A DNA stretch of 64,000 nt from Lama glama (lineage: Eukaryota). The DNA is taken from contig CM052816.1 in NCBI GenBank assembly GCA_028534125.1, forward strand, positions 16,246,001 through 16,310,000, in the 5' to 3' direction. Under the pieces are notes generated by a model. The model had not been told where the DNA came from. It was given only the letters and a program-made list of their open reading frames with translations, and ran no database searches. The position numbers and the translations under genes were made by a program. Shown here piece after piece: positions 12,671 to 24,540 of this stretch (position 1 is the stretch's first letter; each line of letters starts with the position of its first letter).

Positions 12671-14079
12671 TCTCGTTACTTCCACCCCCTTTTCTGCAGT
12701 AGGAATTGTTATAGCCCCTTCTTGGTTAGTTTCAGGGAAGTTGTCCTGCCCTGGGGCCTCTGTTCTAGGGAAATCAGCATATGGATATTGTACATGGGTC
12801 TCCAAGGTGCTCTAGGGTGTGCAGGTGTGGGGAATGGAGCTGCAGCTCTCTTACAGCCCCATGATCTGAGGTGGATTCAGTTGGGCCCACAGCATCTTGC
12901 TACAGTCTGTACCTTCTGTACTTCAGCCAGACCATCTTTCTTGCTAAGAGCTGGTGAGGGAATGAGGATGTGAGAGTTGGGGGTATAGGCTGGAGGAGAA
13001 GTGAGCTTAACTCCTTCCTAGTGGATGGGAAAGGATGACTGAAATTGCTCATTTAGCAAATGATTTAGCCTGCTGTAGAAAATCTTATTAAATGACAATT
13101 CTTATGTTAGTCCCTGGCTCCTGGGAAGAGCAACTCTGGGCTTTTGTGAAGACCAGGGCATGGTCTCTATGAATCCAGTTAAATAATCATCACCAATAAG
13201 ACACTAAAAGTCAGAGGCAGGGAAACTTCATCAGGTTTCCCTGCTTCTTCCCACCCCTTCAGCCTATTCCCTCATATCATCAGTCAATTATCTGGTTAGT
13301 TGAGCCTTTTCTCTGCCCATTGTAATATAAATAGCAAGCATTTTATGGGTCCCCATTAAGCAATGTGATCAGCATCAATTACCTAATGAGACTCTGGAAA
13401 GTCGTGATTTAAAATCCTGTTCTCAATTGTGATTCAGCTTTGTCTGGAGCCAACATGATAATTGTAGTGACATCCAAACTAATGGCACTCCAGATGTGGG
13501 GCCTCTGCTCCCAGCTTGGGTTTGGCCCTGGGGGAAATTTACCCTGTGCCAAGGGGCCTAATCTCTGTACTTTGTTCTGAAAGGGAGAGTTTTTTGTCCT
13601 ACCAGCCTTCAGCGTGTGATGGCTAGATCCGCCTAGTTCTGCCCTGTAGCCTCAGGGCCTCTGGGCAGGGACAAAAGAGGATGAGACTAGAGGAAAATAC
13701 AGGGGCACAAGATGCTATCAGTTCCTGAGGGCAGAGAGTTTAGTCTGTTTTTTTCTCTACTATTTCTATAGAGCCTAAAGACTACCTGGCACATAGTAGG
13801 GGCTCCATAAATACTTTATGAATGAAAGGATAGAGTCCCAGCATGGTCCCTTTAGTCAGCAAGCTCTTCTGTTTGCAAGTTTAGGTGTAGTTCCCTGGAA
13901 GACAAGGAGAGATGTTTGTGTTTTGTGATGATCCTTCTAGCCTGAAAAGTTAGTAAGTACCCAATTTGGGGTGATGAGACACAAGTACTCGATGTTAACA
14001 ATCTGGAACATTTCATCTTTCTCTCTGGACATCCCCACCCCTACCCCTAGACATCTTGGTTAAGGATGGCTTTTTTTCA

Positions 14080-15465
14080 GAGCAACACAAGTGGTTCCTT
14101 TACTTCCTCACTTTTCTTAGCTTCTCCCTTGGATAAGAAGTAACTTAAAGCTACTCGCCAAATTCGTTTGTCAATTTTCAGTTGTCATTTAGTCTGTGTC
14201 TCAGCAGCATTTGACCTAGTTGATGACACCTTCTTTTGGAAATATTTCCTTCATCTGGCTTCCTGAGCACTAACAAGCTCATGGTTTTCCTTCTGTTTTC
14301 CTGGCAGCTTCTTCCCCTATCTTTATACCTTCTACATGTTCAAGGCCCCAGGGATCCATCTTTTACCCAATTCATTTCTAAATAATTTTCTCCAGCATCA
14401 GTCTTTAAATACTTCCTATATGTTACTGAACTCAGGTTCAGCTGCTTGCTGCTCAAAGCCATTCATCAAGAAATAAGAGTCAGTAGAAAGGAAAGATGCT
14501 TTAATTAGAAAAGCTGACAATTTGACGAGAAGGTGGACCTATGTCCTGAGACCAACCCTAAAGAGTCTACTCAGCCATGACAGTTCTTAAAGGGGAAAGA
14601 GAGTGGGGAGGAATCTCCGTGAATCATTGAGGCAGGTGGTTGGGTTCTGCATCATTCTCCATTGTGTGCAAACTGGCTGCACTTTTCTCCTCAGATGTTA
14701 TTTTGCCTGGGCGATCTGCCTGCAGGATTGCTAAGGTGGCTAGTCATCTTTTTAACTACTTAATTCTTCTTTCTTCTTTTTATTTAAGAAAAGAATCAAT
14801 AGGTTAGGCAAGGCATGGTGTGCATTCAGGAGAGCATAGGTCAGGAGTTAGTTTAAATTGCCTAGTGATTTCATTCCTATAATTAGGTTCTCTTAAGGTT
14901 AGAGGGGAACAAATGGGCAAACAGGGAAGGAACAAAAATGCTGCTTTCATATACTGATGAATATATCTCTAGTTAGGACCTCTCTTCTGAACTCCAGACT
15001 CAGATATCTAATGCCTACCTGAAATCTCCGCTTGTATCTTTAAGAGGAATCTCAAACTTGCTGAGTCCAAAAGAGAATTCTTGATTCCTTGAGCCTCCTT
15101 GTTCACCATTCCCTGCACAATTCTACAATCTAGTTCTTTCCAAGAGGCATCTCCATTTACCTGGATGGTCAAGTCAGATACTTAGGGGTCAGTCCTGAGT
15201 CCTCTTTCCCTCAGTCTCCATATCCAATCTATCAGTTAGCTCTGTAAGCTATGTTTTCAGACTATATTCTGCATCTGACCACCTCACGTCTACTTTATCA
15301 TTACCATCCTGGTTTGAGCCATCATCCTCTTTGACCTAGATTAATGTAATGACTTCCTAACTGGTCTTCCTACTTCCATCCCTGCTCCTTACCTTTAAAC
15401 TCAGGTGTCAGAGTAATCTTAAGAATATTAAATCAAGTATGTCTCCCTTCTGCTAGAAGTTGTCC
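14080..15465 (+). mobile_element. L2 LINE body, split by an LTR
   Basis: L2 text 'ctcagcagcatttgac', 'ggacctctcttctgaactccagactcagatatctaatgcctacctga', 'cttcctaactggtcttcc'. Confidence 0.8.
14421..14949 (-). mobile_element. Solo ERV LTR (class I-like), 529 bp
   Basis: Begins TG (tgttactg) and ends CA (gctttca). It has a 4-bp 'tata' TSD on both sides and cleanly splits L2 text. An ATTAAA poly(A) signal lies on the minus strand near 14500. Confidence 0.75.
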
Positions 15466-16160
15466 AGTGAAAAGATGCTCAGTAATATTGTTCATCAGAA
15501 AAATGCAAATTAAAATCACACTGAGATACCATTATGTACGTACCAGAATGCTAAAATTCTGACAACACCAAATATGGGCAAGGATATGGTGGTGGCAATG
15601 TCACTGGGAAAAGGCCTTAGGTAAACTGTCAGTCTCTACTAAAATTAACATATACCTTCCCTATTATCCAACAATTCCACTCCTAGGTATATACCCAAGA
15701 TAAATGAGTGCATGCATGGACAATAAAACATGTGCAAGAATGTTCATAGTAAATTTATTCATAATAGCCCTAAACTGGAAACAACCCAAATGTGCATCAA
15801 TAGGAGAAAGGCTAAATAAATTGTGGTCTATTCATTCAATGAAACACTTCACAGCAGTGAAAAAAAAAAGAACTATGAATATATACAAGCTGATGTTGAA
15901 CTTTTGACAGAAAAAATAAATTTCTGTCCCTTTAAGTCACCAAGGTGTAGAAATTTGTTATGGCAGTCAGAGGAAACTAATATATTTATTATGATTTAAA
16001 AGGCTTCATATGATAGGTATAGAGTTTCAGTTTTATAAAATGAAGAGTTCTGGAGATTGGTTGCACAACAATGTGAATGTATTTAATAATAACTGTATAT
16101 TTAAAAATCGTTAAGGTGGTAAATTTTATGTTATGCACATTTTACCACAATTTTTAAAAA
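15466..16160 (+). mobile_element. Old L1 3' fragments (ORF2 end and L1MB-like 3' end)
   Basis: 'aatgcaaattaaaatcacactgagatacc', 'caattccactcctaggtatatacccaag'; ORF 15704 (RMFIVNLFIIALNWKQPKC); 'ggtaaattttatgttatg...ttttaccacaa'. Confidence 0.85.
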
Positions 16161-16429
16161 ATCATAGGCTAAAATAAAATAAAAATTAAGTTAAATTAAA
16201 AAGGCTCCACATAATCTCACCCCTGCCTACCTCTCCAAGTAGCTTTGTCATTTACGTCACTACAGGTTCATGACTTTGAGCATATCAAATGTGCCCTAAT
16301 CTCAAGATCTTCACATTTGCCGATCCCTCTGCCTGATAAGCTCTTTCCTTTAATATCTCTGCATTGATCTCCCTTCACTTCATTCAGGCTCTGTTTTAAT
16401 ACCACTTTAAGGAGGACCTCCTGGACATC

Positions 16430-16937
16430 TTTTTTTTTTTTAGTTTGGATATTATTAGTTTGTTATAAAAGAGAGACATGACTTGGAAATTATTTACATA
16501 ATGAAAAGATTTCAGAACTTCAGTGGAATGGGCAGCTTCATGTGATGCCATTTTAAGAGTGACATTTCAGTCTACTTATTTTCCAAGAATGTCACCATCT
16601 CTAAATAAGAAATAATCCTTGTCGTCTACAACTACTTTGGTGCCTCCATACTCTGGAAGAAGAACTTTGTCTCCAACTTTCATGCTAACTGGTTAAATCT
16701 CTCCACCATTTCCTTTAGAACCCCATCCAGCAGCTGTTACTGTTGCCTGTAATACTTTTCCTTGAGATTTTTCTGGAAGCATAATACCTCCTTTGGTTAC
16801 AGTTTTGGCTGCAGTCCTTTCAACTCATACACAGTCAAAGAGGGGAAGACACTTTCTAAATGCCTGTTCTGCCATGACTCCGGCTGCCACGGTGCATAAT
16901 CTGCTCTCCCACCACGACTGCAAGGAGAAACCTGCAG
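16430..16937 (-). pseudogene. HSPE1: Processed pseudogene of HSPE1 (10 kDa chaperonin, mitochondrial); CDS-equivalent 16567-16875
   Basis: Manual translation: MAEQAFRKCLPLFDCV*VERTAAKTVTKGGIMLPEKSQGKVLQATVTAAGWGSKGNGGEI*PVSMKVGDKVLLPEYGGTKVVVDDKDYFLFRDGDILGK*VD*, colinear with the 102-aa HSPE1. Intronless, with both UTRs, a poly(A) remnant (T run 16430-16441), a TSD core tcctggac (16419, 16938) and three in-frame stops. Confidence 0.97.
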
Positions 16938-17014
16938 TCCTGGACCACGATATTTAAAATATACACCATTCTATCATTTGCTCTCCTCTACCTTGTTTTA
17001 TTTTCCTTCAAAGT

Positions 17015-17995
17015 ATTTTTTAAAAATAAAATTTTAACCTTAAAATAGTTTTAGATTTACAGAAAAGTTGCAAAGACAGTACAGAGTTTCCATACAGTGC
17101 ACACCCAGTTTCCCTCCCTGTTAACAATATCTTGCTTAAGTATGGTGCACTTGTCACTAACTATTGAGCCAATATTGGTTTATTATTATTAATTGAAGTC
17201 TATATTTTTTTCAGATTTCCTTAATTTTTACCTAATTTTTTTTTCATTTCCAGGATGCTACGTTCCATTTAGTCATCATATCGCCTTAGACTCCTCTTGA
17301 CTGTGACATAGATTCTCAGACTTTCCTTGTTCTTGATGACCTTGACACTTTTGACGAATATTTGTGAGGTTTTTTGCTGAATGTTCCTCAATTGGGATTT
17401 GTCTGAGATTTCTCATGATTAGATTAGGGTTATGGCTTTGGGGGAGGGAACTACAGAAGTAAAGTGCAATTCTCATTACATCATATCAATCAGCATGACT
17501 TATTACTGTTGATGTTATTCTTGATCACCTGGCTGAGTTTAAGTTTGCCACATTTCTCCACTGTAAAGTTACTCCTCACCTCTTTCCATATTGTTTTCTT
17601 TGGAATGAAGTCATTATGTACAGCCCACACTTAAGGAGGGGGAGTTGTACTCCACCTCCTTGAAGGTGGAGTATGTACGTAAATTATTTGAAATTCTGCG
17701 AGGGACATTTGTCTCTACTTCCCTGTTTGTTTATTTAGTCAATTCATTTAAGTCAGTATGGACTCATGAATACTTATTTTATACTTTGGGTAATACTTAA
17801 TTTTATTGCTCAAATTGTTCCAATTTTGGTTATTGGGAGCTCTTTCAAGTTGGCTCTTATGTCCCTTTGATCACTTCCATTGTTGTGTTTTTGTTTGAGT
17901 CCTTCCTTTCTTTCTGGCACTGCAAGATGCTCCAGGCTTATATATTTCCTGCCCCATCCCTAGAATCAGCCATTTCTCCAAGGATCCCTGGTTTC
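17015..17995 (-). mobile_element. Old L1 (L1MC/MD-like) 3' UTR
   Basis: 'ttttagatttacagaaaagttgcaaagacagtacagag...cctagaatcagccatttctccaagga'; same family text as 4760-5150. Confidence 0.8.
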
Positions 17996-18419
17996 ATTTG
18001 TTATAAAGAAGTTTCACTACCTGAAATTATATTATTTCATAGCATTTTATTTGTATCTCCCAGTAGCACATTAGATTCCTAAACAGGACCTTTTTTGCTT
18101 CTTCACTGCTATCTCTCTCCATTACCCAGAATAGTATCTGGTACACAGGAGGAGATCAATAAATGTTTAGTGAGTGAATGAATAAATGAGTAAGGCCAAG
18201 TAGTATATCTTTTTATATACATATTCTTCATGTGCTTTGACAATCACAAGAATTTGATAGAAGGGTAGATATAGTTGGATGGACATATGGATGTATGAAT
18301 CAAAAAATGAATGAATGAATGAATAAAAAATGGATAGATTATTGGATGTACGTATGAATCAAGAAAGAGATGGAAGTTGGTATTGCCACTATGCATTCCT
18401 GTTATTTGTGATAGAAACT

Positions 18420-18945
18420 GGGTGATGAGAGGCCTCATTCTTGATTCCATTCACACTTTCTTCTCCCACATTCACTCAACCACTAAGTCTTGACAACTTT
18501 ACATCTCAAATACTTCTTAAATCTACTTCCTGTTTTCCATTTCAACTGCTAATGCCCTAGTGCAGGCTCTCTTCATTTCTTGCCTGGATGCTGCTATGGC
18601 CTCCAAAGTCATCTCTGCCTTCAGCATTGTTCCTGCCCCATCACCATCCTCATTCCAGCCAGAGGGGTCATTCTAAAATTTGACTTTGCCTGTGTATCAC
18701 TCCTCTGCTTAAATCGTTATGTCCTTAGGACCTATGATAACATGACATGTCTTTCTAGCCTCTCCGCTGCAGTTCTCTACCTTGCACTGATTTGTATGCC
18801 TCTGAAATATCAAACTGCTTGTAGTTCCCACCAGGGATCATGCTGCTTCCCTGCTCTGTCCTTTGCTCATACTAGTCCCCCCTGCCTGGAATGCCCTTTC
18901 CTTACATCCATAGCTCAAAATTCTTACCTGTTTCAAGATGTGGAA
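18420..18945 (+). mobile_element. L2 fragment
   Basis: 'cactaagtcttgac...ttgcctggatgctgctatggcctcc...ccagaggggtcattctaaaa...ctgcctggaatgcccttt'. Confidence 0.75.
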
Positions 18946-19309
18946 GGCATGTAACTTTGCCATTGTGATTATGCTTATTAGCAGAATCAAGACTAGAGTG
19001 CAAAATTTAAGGAGAATTGTGCAAGTGACAGTAAATTCATCTTTAAATTTTGTGACCTAGGTACCTCACTGGAGTCACCCTTTTTCCAGTCCTAGTCCCT
19101 TCTCCTAGATTGGGAGTTTCCTGAGAGTAAGAACTTTGTCTTCAATTCCTATAATTCCTCACACAATGGAAGGTGATCAGGAAGTGTGGGAGGGAGGAAA
19201 GGTGAATTAGCAGTCCACTGACTTCGCCTTCAAATCCAGACTCTATTTCTTACTAGTTATGCAAATCTGAACAAGTTCCTTTCTGTTCCTCAGTTTTCTT
19301 ATCTGTGAA

Positions 19310-19348
<39 letters not shown>
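19310..19348. repeat. (AAT)13 microsatellite inside a MIR
   Basis: Directly visible; it follows the MIR core 'cctcagttttcttatctgtgaaa'. Confidence 0.95.
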
Positions 19349-19349
<1 letters not shown>

Positions 19350-19369
19350 TTGCCATTATAGGATTGTTT

Positions 19370-19990
19370 ATCCATTTTAAGGGAAGGTATCCATTTCACC
19401 AAAAAATTTAAATTTATTGACCTGAAGTTCTTTACAGTATTTCCTTATTACTTTAAATTTTCTACTTTATCTGCAGGTATATTCCCTTTAAAATGTTTTG
19501 ATATTTTTAATTTAGGCCTTCTTTTTTTCTTGATTGAGCTTATGAAAAAGTTTTCTTGATCCTCTGTAGTATCTCTATTTTCTAGTTCATTAGATTTTGA
19601 CTTTGTCTTAAGATTTCTTCTTCCTACTCTCTTTTGGATTAGTCTGTTCTTTTTAAATTTCTTGAGTTAAATGCTTTTTTCCAGTTTTTGCCTTTCTTAT
19701 ATAAGCATTTAAATCCACACATCTCCTTTTAAATATCACTTTATCTGCCTCCCACAGTTAACTTTAATTTCTAAATATCTCAATTTTGATTTATTTTTTA
19801 TCTCATAAGTATAGAAGCATTTCCAAATGCATGGGACCCTTATTATATTTTTGTTGTTAAGTTCTGTTTTGATTGAAGAAAGTGGTCTATTGATTTTTTT
19901 TTATAATATCTGATGAGATGTGCTGTCTGTTCTTCTATGTGATCAGCTTTTTAGATGTTCCATGGGTGCTTGAAAGGATAATTGTTGGCT
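19370..19990 (-). mobile_element. Highly decayed L1 fragment inserted in a MIR
   Basis: T-rich antisense L1 text ('ttcttgagttaaatgctt', 'gatgttccatgggtgcttgaaag'). MIR text resumes at ~19990. Confidence 0.6.
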
Positions 19991-21849
19991 GCCTTATAGA
20001 TTTATTGTGAAGATAAGTATTAGATAATACCTATAAAGCACTTAAAACAATGCTTAGCACTGAGACCTCAATAAGTGATGGCTCCTATTGTGTTTTGTTA
20101 TGATTGTTGGTGGGTGACAGTATCAGTCATTTCCCTTTGTGTCACTAGGTGCCCTGGGAATTAGGGAAATTGAATCCTCTCCTGTAAGTCAGTGCTCTAC
20201 AGTTAAGTGTCTACACTGGTTATAGGGTTGATTAATCTTTGACACACACATTAAGCAATCAGCTCATTACAGTAGAAACAGTTTAGAGTCTGAGTCAGAC
20301 TGACCTGCCCTGGTGTCCTGACGTGGCCCCTCACTACCTGTATGACACTCCTCCTCCCCAAACTCTATTTTCCTTATTTGGGTATGATCTTGGACTTGCA
20401 GAATTGTTGGGGAAATTAGTTTAAATGCCTTCAGCATAGACCTGTACACAAAATAGACCTTTGATAGCATTACTTTATTTTCCTTTCCTTCCACTGAGCC
20501 TGCAGGGACAGAGAGGAAGGGGAAGTTAGAGCTGTAAGTTTATAGCTGGTTCCTCTTTCTTTCCTGGACTTCTCTCCTTAGGAAGCCTCCTTTTCATTCC
20601 TTCAAGGCTGCACTTCTCTGATGCTTCTCCTCAGGGACCAGCTTGAAACGAGCCTGACTGAGGGAGAAGGGAGAGGGAAGGGAAGAGGATGTTGACATAT
20701 GCAAATCAACATCCAGCCGCCTGCCAAATTAGTGTGACACCTGCTTGGACAGAATTTTCCTTTTATCTCCTATCTGGAGCAGGCCAATTAATTTTTCAGG
20801 CTACCGGTTATGCCATAGATGACAGCTCCTTAGACCCTCGATGAGAGCAGGGTCGACTTCTTTGGCAGCCACGTAAAATTGGAATTTGCCTCTGCTCTTT
20901 CTGGGGTCCCCAGATAGGCTGAATGTTTCAGGGTCACTTCTGCCTTGCCCTAAGCTTTTGCTGAGCTTCTCTCAACATCGACTTTGAACTTTCCTACTTT
21001 CTGTCCTTTAAGCCTCAGTTTCAGTATGCAAAATGGGTTGACTGGTTTTCCTACTTTTGAATACAAAGAAGAGGAGGCAAGAAACACAGAAGGCAGAGCT
21101 AAAGGGGGCAGAATAAGGGAAGCCTGGACAGGGGTGATTCAAAAGTACTCTCAGACAAAGATAGTCACTTTGTCTCCATTCTTACCACTGCCTGTAGTTC
21201 CTTTGCTGCGTGTCACTTCATCCCTCACACTCTCCCATACATAGCTCAGACAAGATTCATTTTCTCTGCTCCTGCCTCCAGGCTACTAGAGAAAACCACA
21301 GAACCATGCTTACTGACTCCAATATCTGATTTCCAGTCATGGTCAGGCCTCCAGTGCCACTTGGTAATCTTTATAATCATCCCCAGTCCTTAATCTCTTT
21401 TATTCTCCTGCTATTGACATTTGGGCTTGTTTCCAGTTTCAGCTATTGTTAATAAGGTTGCCATGGATATTCTCATACATGTCTTTTTGTGGACATAGAA
21501 TTTTCTTTTTCTTGGGTAAATATCTAGGAGTGGAATTGCAGGTTAAAGGGTAGGTGTACATATGTATACTCAACTTTATAAGTGCCAACAACTTTCCAAA
21601 ATGGTGTACCAGTTGGGGCCCTTATTAGAAAGAAAGATCCCTGGGCTCTGTGCTGGACTCACTGAGTCAGAATATTCCAGGAATAAAGGCTGGAAAGCTG
21701 TTTTTTTAGGAAACTCCTTCTGTAATTTTAATACAGCTAATTCATTAATTGGCATTTGGAAACCACTGGACAACACTGAGACTCTTTACTTTCTTGTTTT
21801 CCATTCCCTCCTCAGTAAATGTAATTCTGGCTTCCATGTTCATCATGTA

Positions 21850-22425
21850 TCATGGTTGTAAATAAACAGTTGACTAATAGTGATTTAAGCAGTATGGACA
21901 TTTATTTTCTCACGTAACAAGAAAATCCAGAGCTAAGTAGCTTCAGGTTTGGGTAATTTAGCCACTCAGTAATGTCATTAAGGGTCCAGGCTTTTCTCAT
22001 TTGCCATTCTCAGGGTATTTGTTCCATTCTTGGGCTTATCCCCTCATAGTCCTAAAGTGGCTGCCACAGCTTTGAACAGCATGAGCTCACATACAACTTC
22101 CAAGGCAGGAAAGGAAGGGGTTGAAGATATCTATTATATTGAAAAGGAAAATATTTTCCATAATCTTCCAGTCTTGTTCTCAAGTCCCATTGTCCAGAAC
22201 TAAGTCACTTGTCTACCTTTAGGTTTAAAGGAGTTGGGGAAGGAGTATTGAGAAAGTATCTGGCGCTTCTTTTTGTCTGATTTATTTATTTTTAGTTTCT
22301 GCAAGATTTTAGTTCTTTATCCGTGGCATTTTTGAGCCCCTATAGTGGGAGATAGTCCTTGCCAGTCGGGAAGAAGGGTGGAAAAATAGCTTTGGGATAA
22401 GTAAAAAACAGTGTCTTCCACAAGA
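21850..22425 (-). mobile_element. Old MaLR LTR (MLT1J/K-like)
   Basis: 'ggttgtaaataaacag...ttttctcacgtaacaagaaaatccagag...aaagtggctgccacagc'. Confidence 0.6.
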
Positions 22426-24299
22426 CATCACTAAAACGGCTCTTATGAGGTCAATTTAGCTGCTAGAGCCAGTGACTTCTCTCCAGTTTTCCTGTGGAAG
22501 TTTTCCTCATGACGTTTTACATTTTTGGATCCTTCTTTCCTGAAACTCTTCTCTTGTTTTCTGCCATGCATTTTCTCTACCTCTCTGATCACATCTCCTT
22601 GGGCTCTCCTCCACCACCTTTCTCCTCTTTATATGGTTGGCATTATACTAGGTTTTTAACCAGACCCTGTCTGGGCACCAATGAGCAACTAAACGAAGCA
22701 ATCCACCATAACCATGTGACCAAGACCCAATGAGAGTTGTTTGTGGTCTACCCCTTGAAACTTTGTATATGGCCATGGGCTGCCCTTCCCTGCTATAGTT
22801 CTGATTCTCCCTTTGCTGTCTCTCTCTTCTCTCCATTACAGAGCTATTTCTTTTGATAAGGTCCTTACCAACTTCTTCTTCAGGACAGAATTTTTTTTAA
22901 AAGTTGTTTACAACCTCCTGTACTGTAGGTCCTGGAACTGAAAGGCCCTTTGTTTTCAAACATTCCCTGGGGTTTTGGATAGAAGCTGAATTGCTCCACA
23001 AAATAAAGGTATGATGAATTTGGAGTCCTAGAGTTTAAAAGATCAAGGAGAGTGACTAGGGTCAGTTGAGAGCTGAGTGATGGGAGAGTTGAGAAGGACC
23101 TACCACTCATGGCTACATAAGAGAATTTGGGTAGACATATCTAGAACTACTTTTCAAGTGAAACGATATGTGTTGTGACCCCTCCTCTTGACTGTACAAA
23201 CTTTTATGTAAAACTTCTGAAGCCACCATGTAAGTAGTGTGACTCGATTTCACACCGACGCCAGGGAAGGGGCAAGGTTTATGAGGCTGGCAGTGTGGAT
23301 AACCCCAGACTATTGAAGCGTGTCTCTGATCTCTCAACCTCTGGCCTCAAACTGCTTCCCGCCCACCCTGAATGTAAGCTGCCCAAATGATCTTTCTACA
23401 ACAGAAATCCAAGTTAATTTCCTTGCTTAAATCTTTTAATGACTCCTCAATCAGTATTTCTCAACCTGAAGTTCATGGATCATTGGGGATGCATTCTCAT
23501 GGGTCTTTACTGCCCTCTAAGAAATGTATTATTTAACTTCAGGATTAAGTTTTAAAAAGTGAGCATAGCCTCTACCACCTTGAGCTGGCATACATCTGAG
23601 ACCCAGTGGGTCTCAGAGGCTCTCCGTGGTCGTCTCCACTGTTAAGGTGACACTTAGTCCCAAAGGTTCCCACCATGGCACATGGCTGATTACCAGTGTA
23701 GTTGGAATTGGGGAACTGAGTGGGCGGCAGTCACTGTCAGTGCCCGAGTAAAGGTTTCTGCAAAGTTGGCAGGATATCATTGTCCTGAAGTTGGTGTGTA
23801 CCATCCATGTATGTTCTTATACTTTCTCCAGTGCATTTCTAGAAATATTACTTGGCAGTTGCTTTAGAATAAATGGCTTCTGATATGCAAACAATTTTAT
23901 TCTTACAAAAAAATTAGCATAATCTGTAATACCTGGATGACCACCTTATAACTAAGTACTCTGAGGAGATTTTAGTGTTGGTTTACACTTGTATTTATTG
24001 ACTGAGTTGGTGCCAAGTGATCTTCTGAAATGACAGCATTTAACTTTTAATGCTGTAGTTATTTTTATCTCATTGTTCATAGATATATATATCCTCAGCA
24101 CCTAGTACAGTGTCTGGCACATTGTAGGTATTCAATAAAGCTTTGTTGAATAAATGAATGAATGAAGTGTCTTAAACTGGTTTCTGATATCCTTGGGGAT
24201 TTGCTACACTTTGAGATCTCCTTAGCATGGCATGTGAGAATCTTCATAATCAAGCTAGGAATGCTGGACTAGTAATTTTACCAGACAGTCTGGGCAGGA

Positions 24300-24540
24300 T
24301 GTGGAGGCGTAGTCCTTTTTAGAAAATAAAAAAGCAAAAGTATAAAGGATTTATGTACATTTTGACAGGGCAGACGTGATATGCAAATTACCTGCAAATA
24401 CAATTCAAGTGACATGCAACTCCTCATGCAAATGAGCGTCCTGTCTTTGGAATCAACTGCAGGGGCATTCACTAATTTGTCTGTGGTACTGGCAGTAAAT
24501 CTTTCAAAGGCTTAGAATGCAAATTGCTTTCTTGGGGAAT
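24300..24540. promoter_or_regulatory. Candidate enhancer with a homotypic POU/octamer cluster
   Basis: Perfect ATGCAAAT at 24381, 24426 and 24517, near-matches at 24392 and 24414, in non-repeat sequence. Confidence 0.55.

Noticed and set aside
22648..23337. Three consecutive minus-strand ORFs as a frameshifted pseudogene
   Set aside because: No recognisable homology, poly(A) or TSD.
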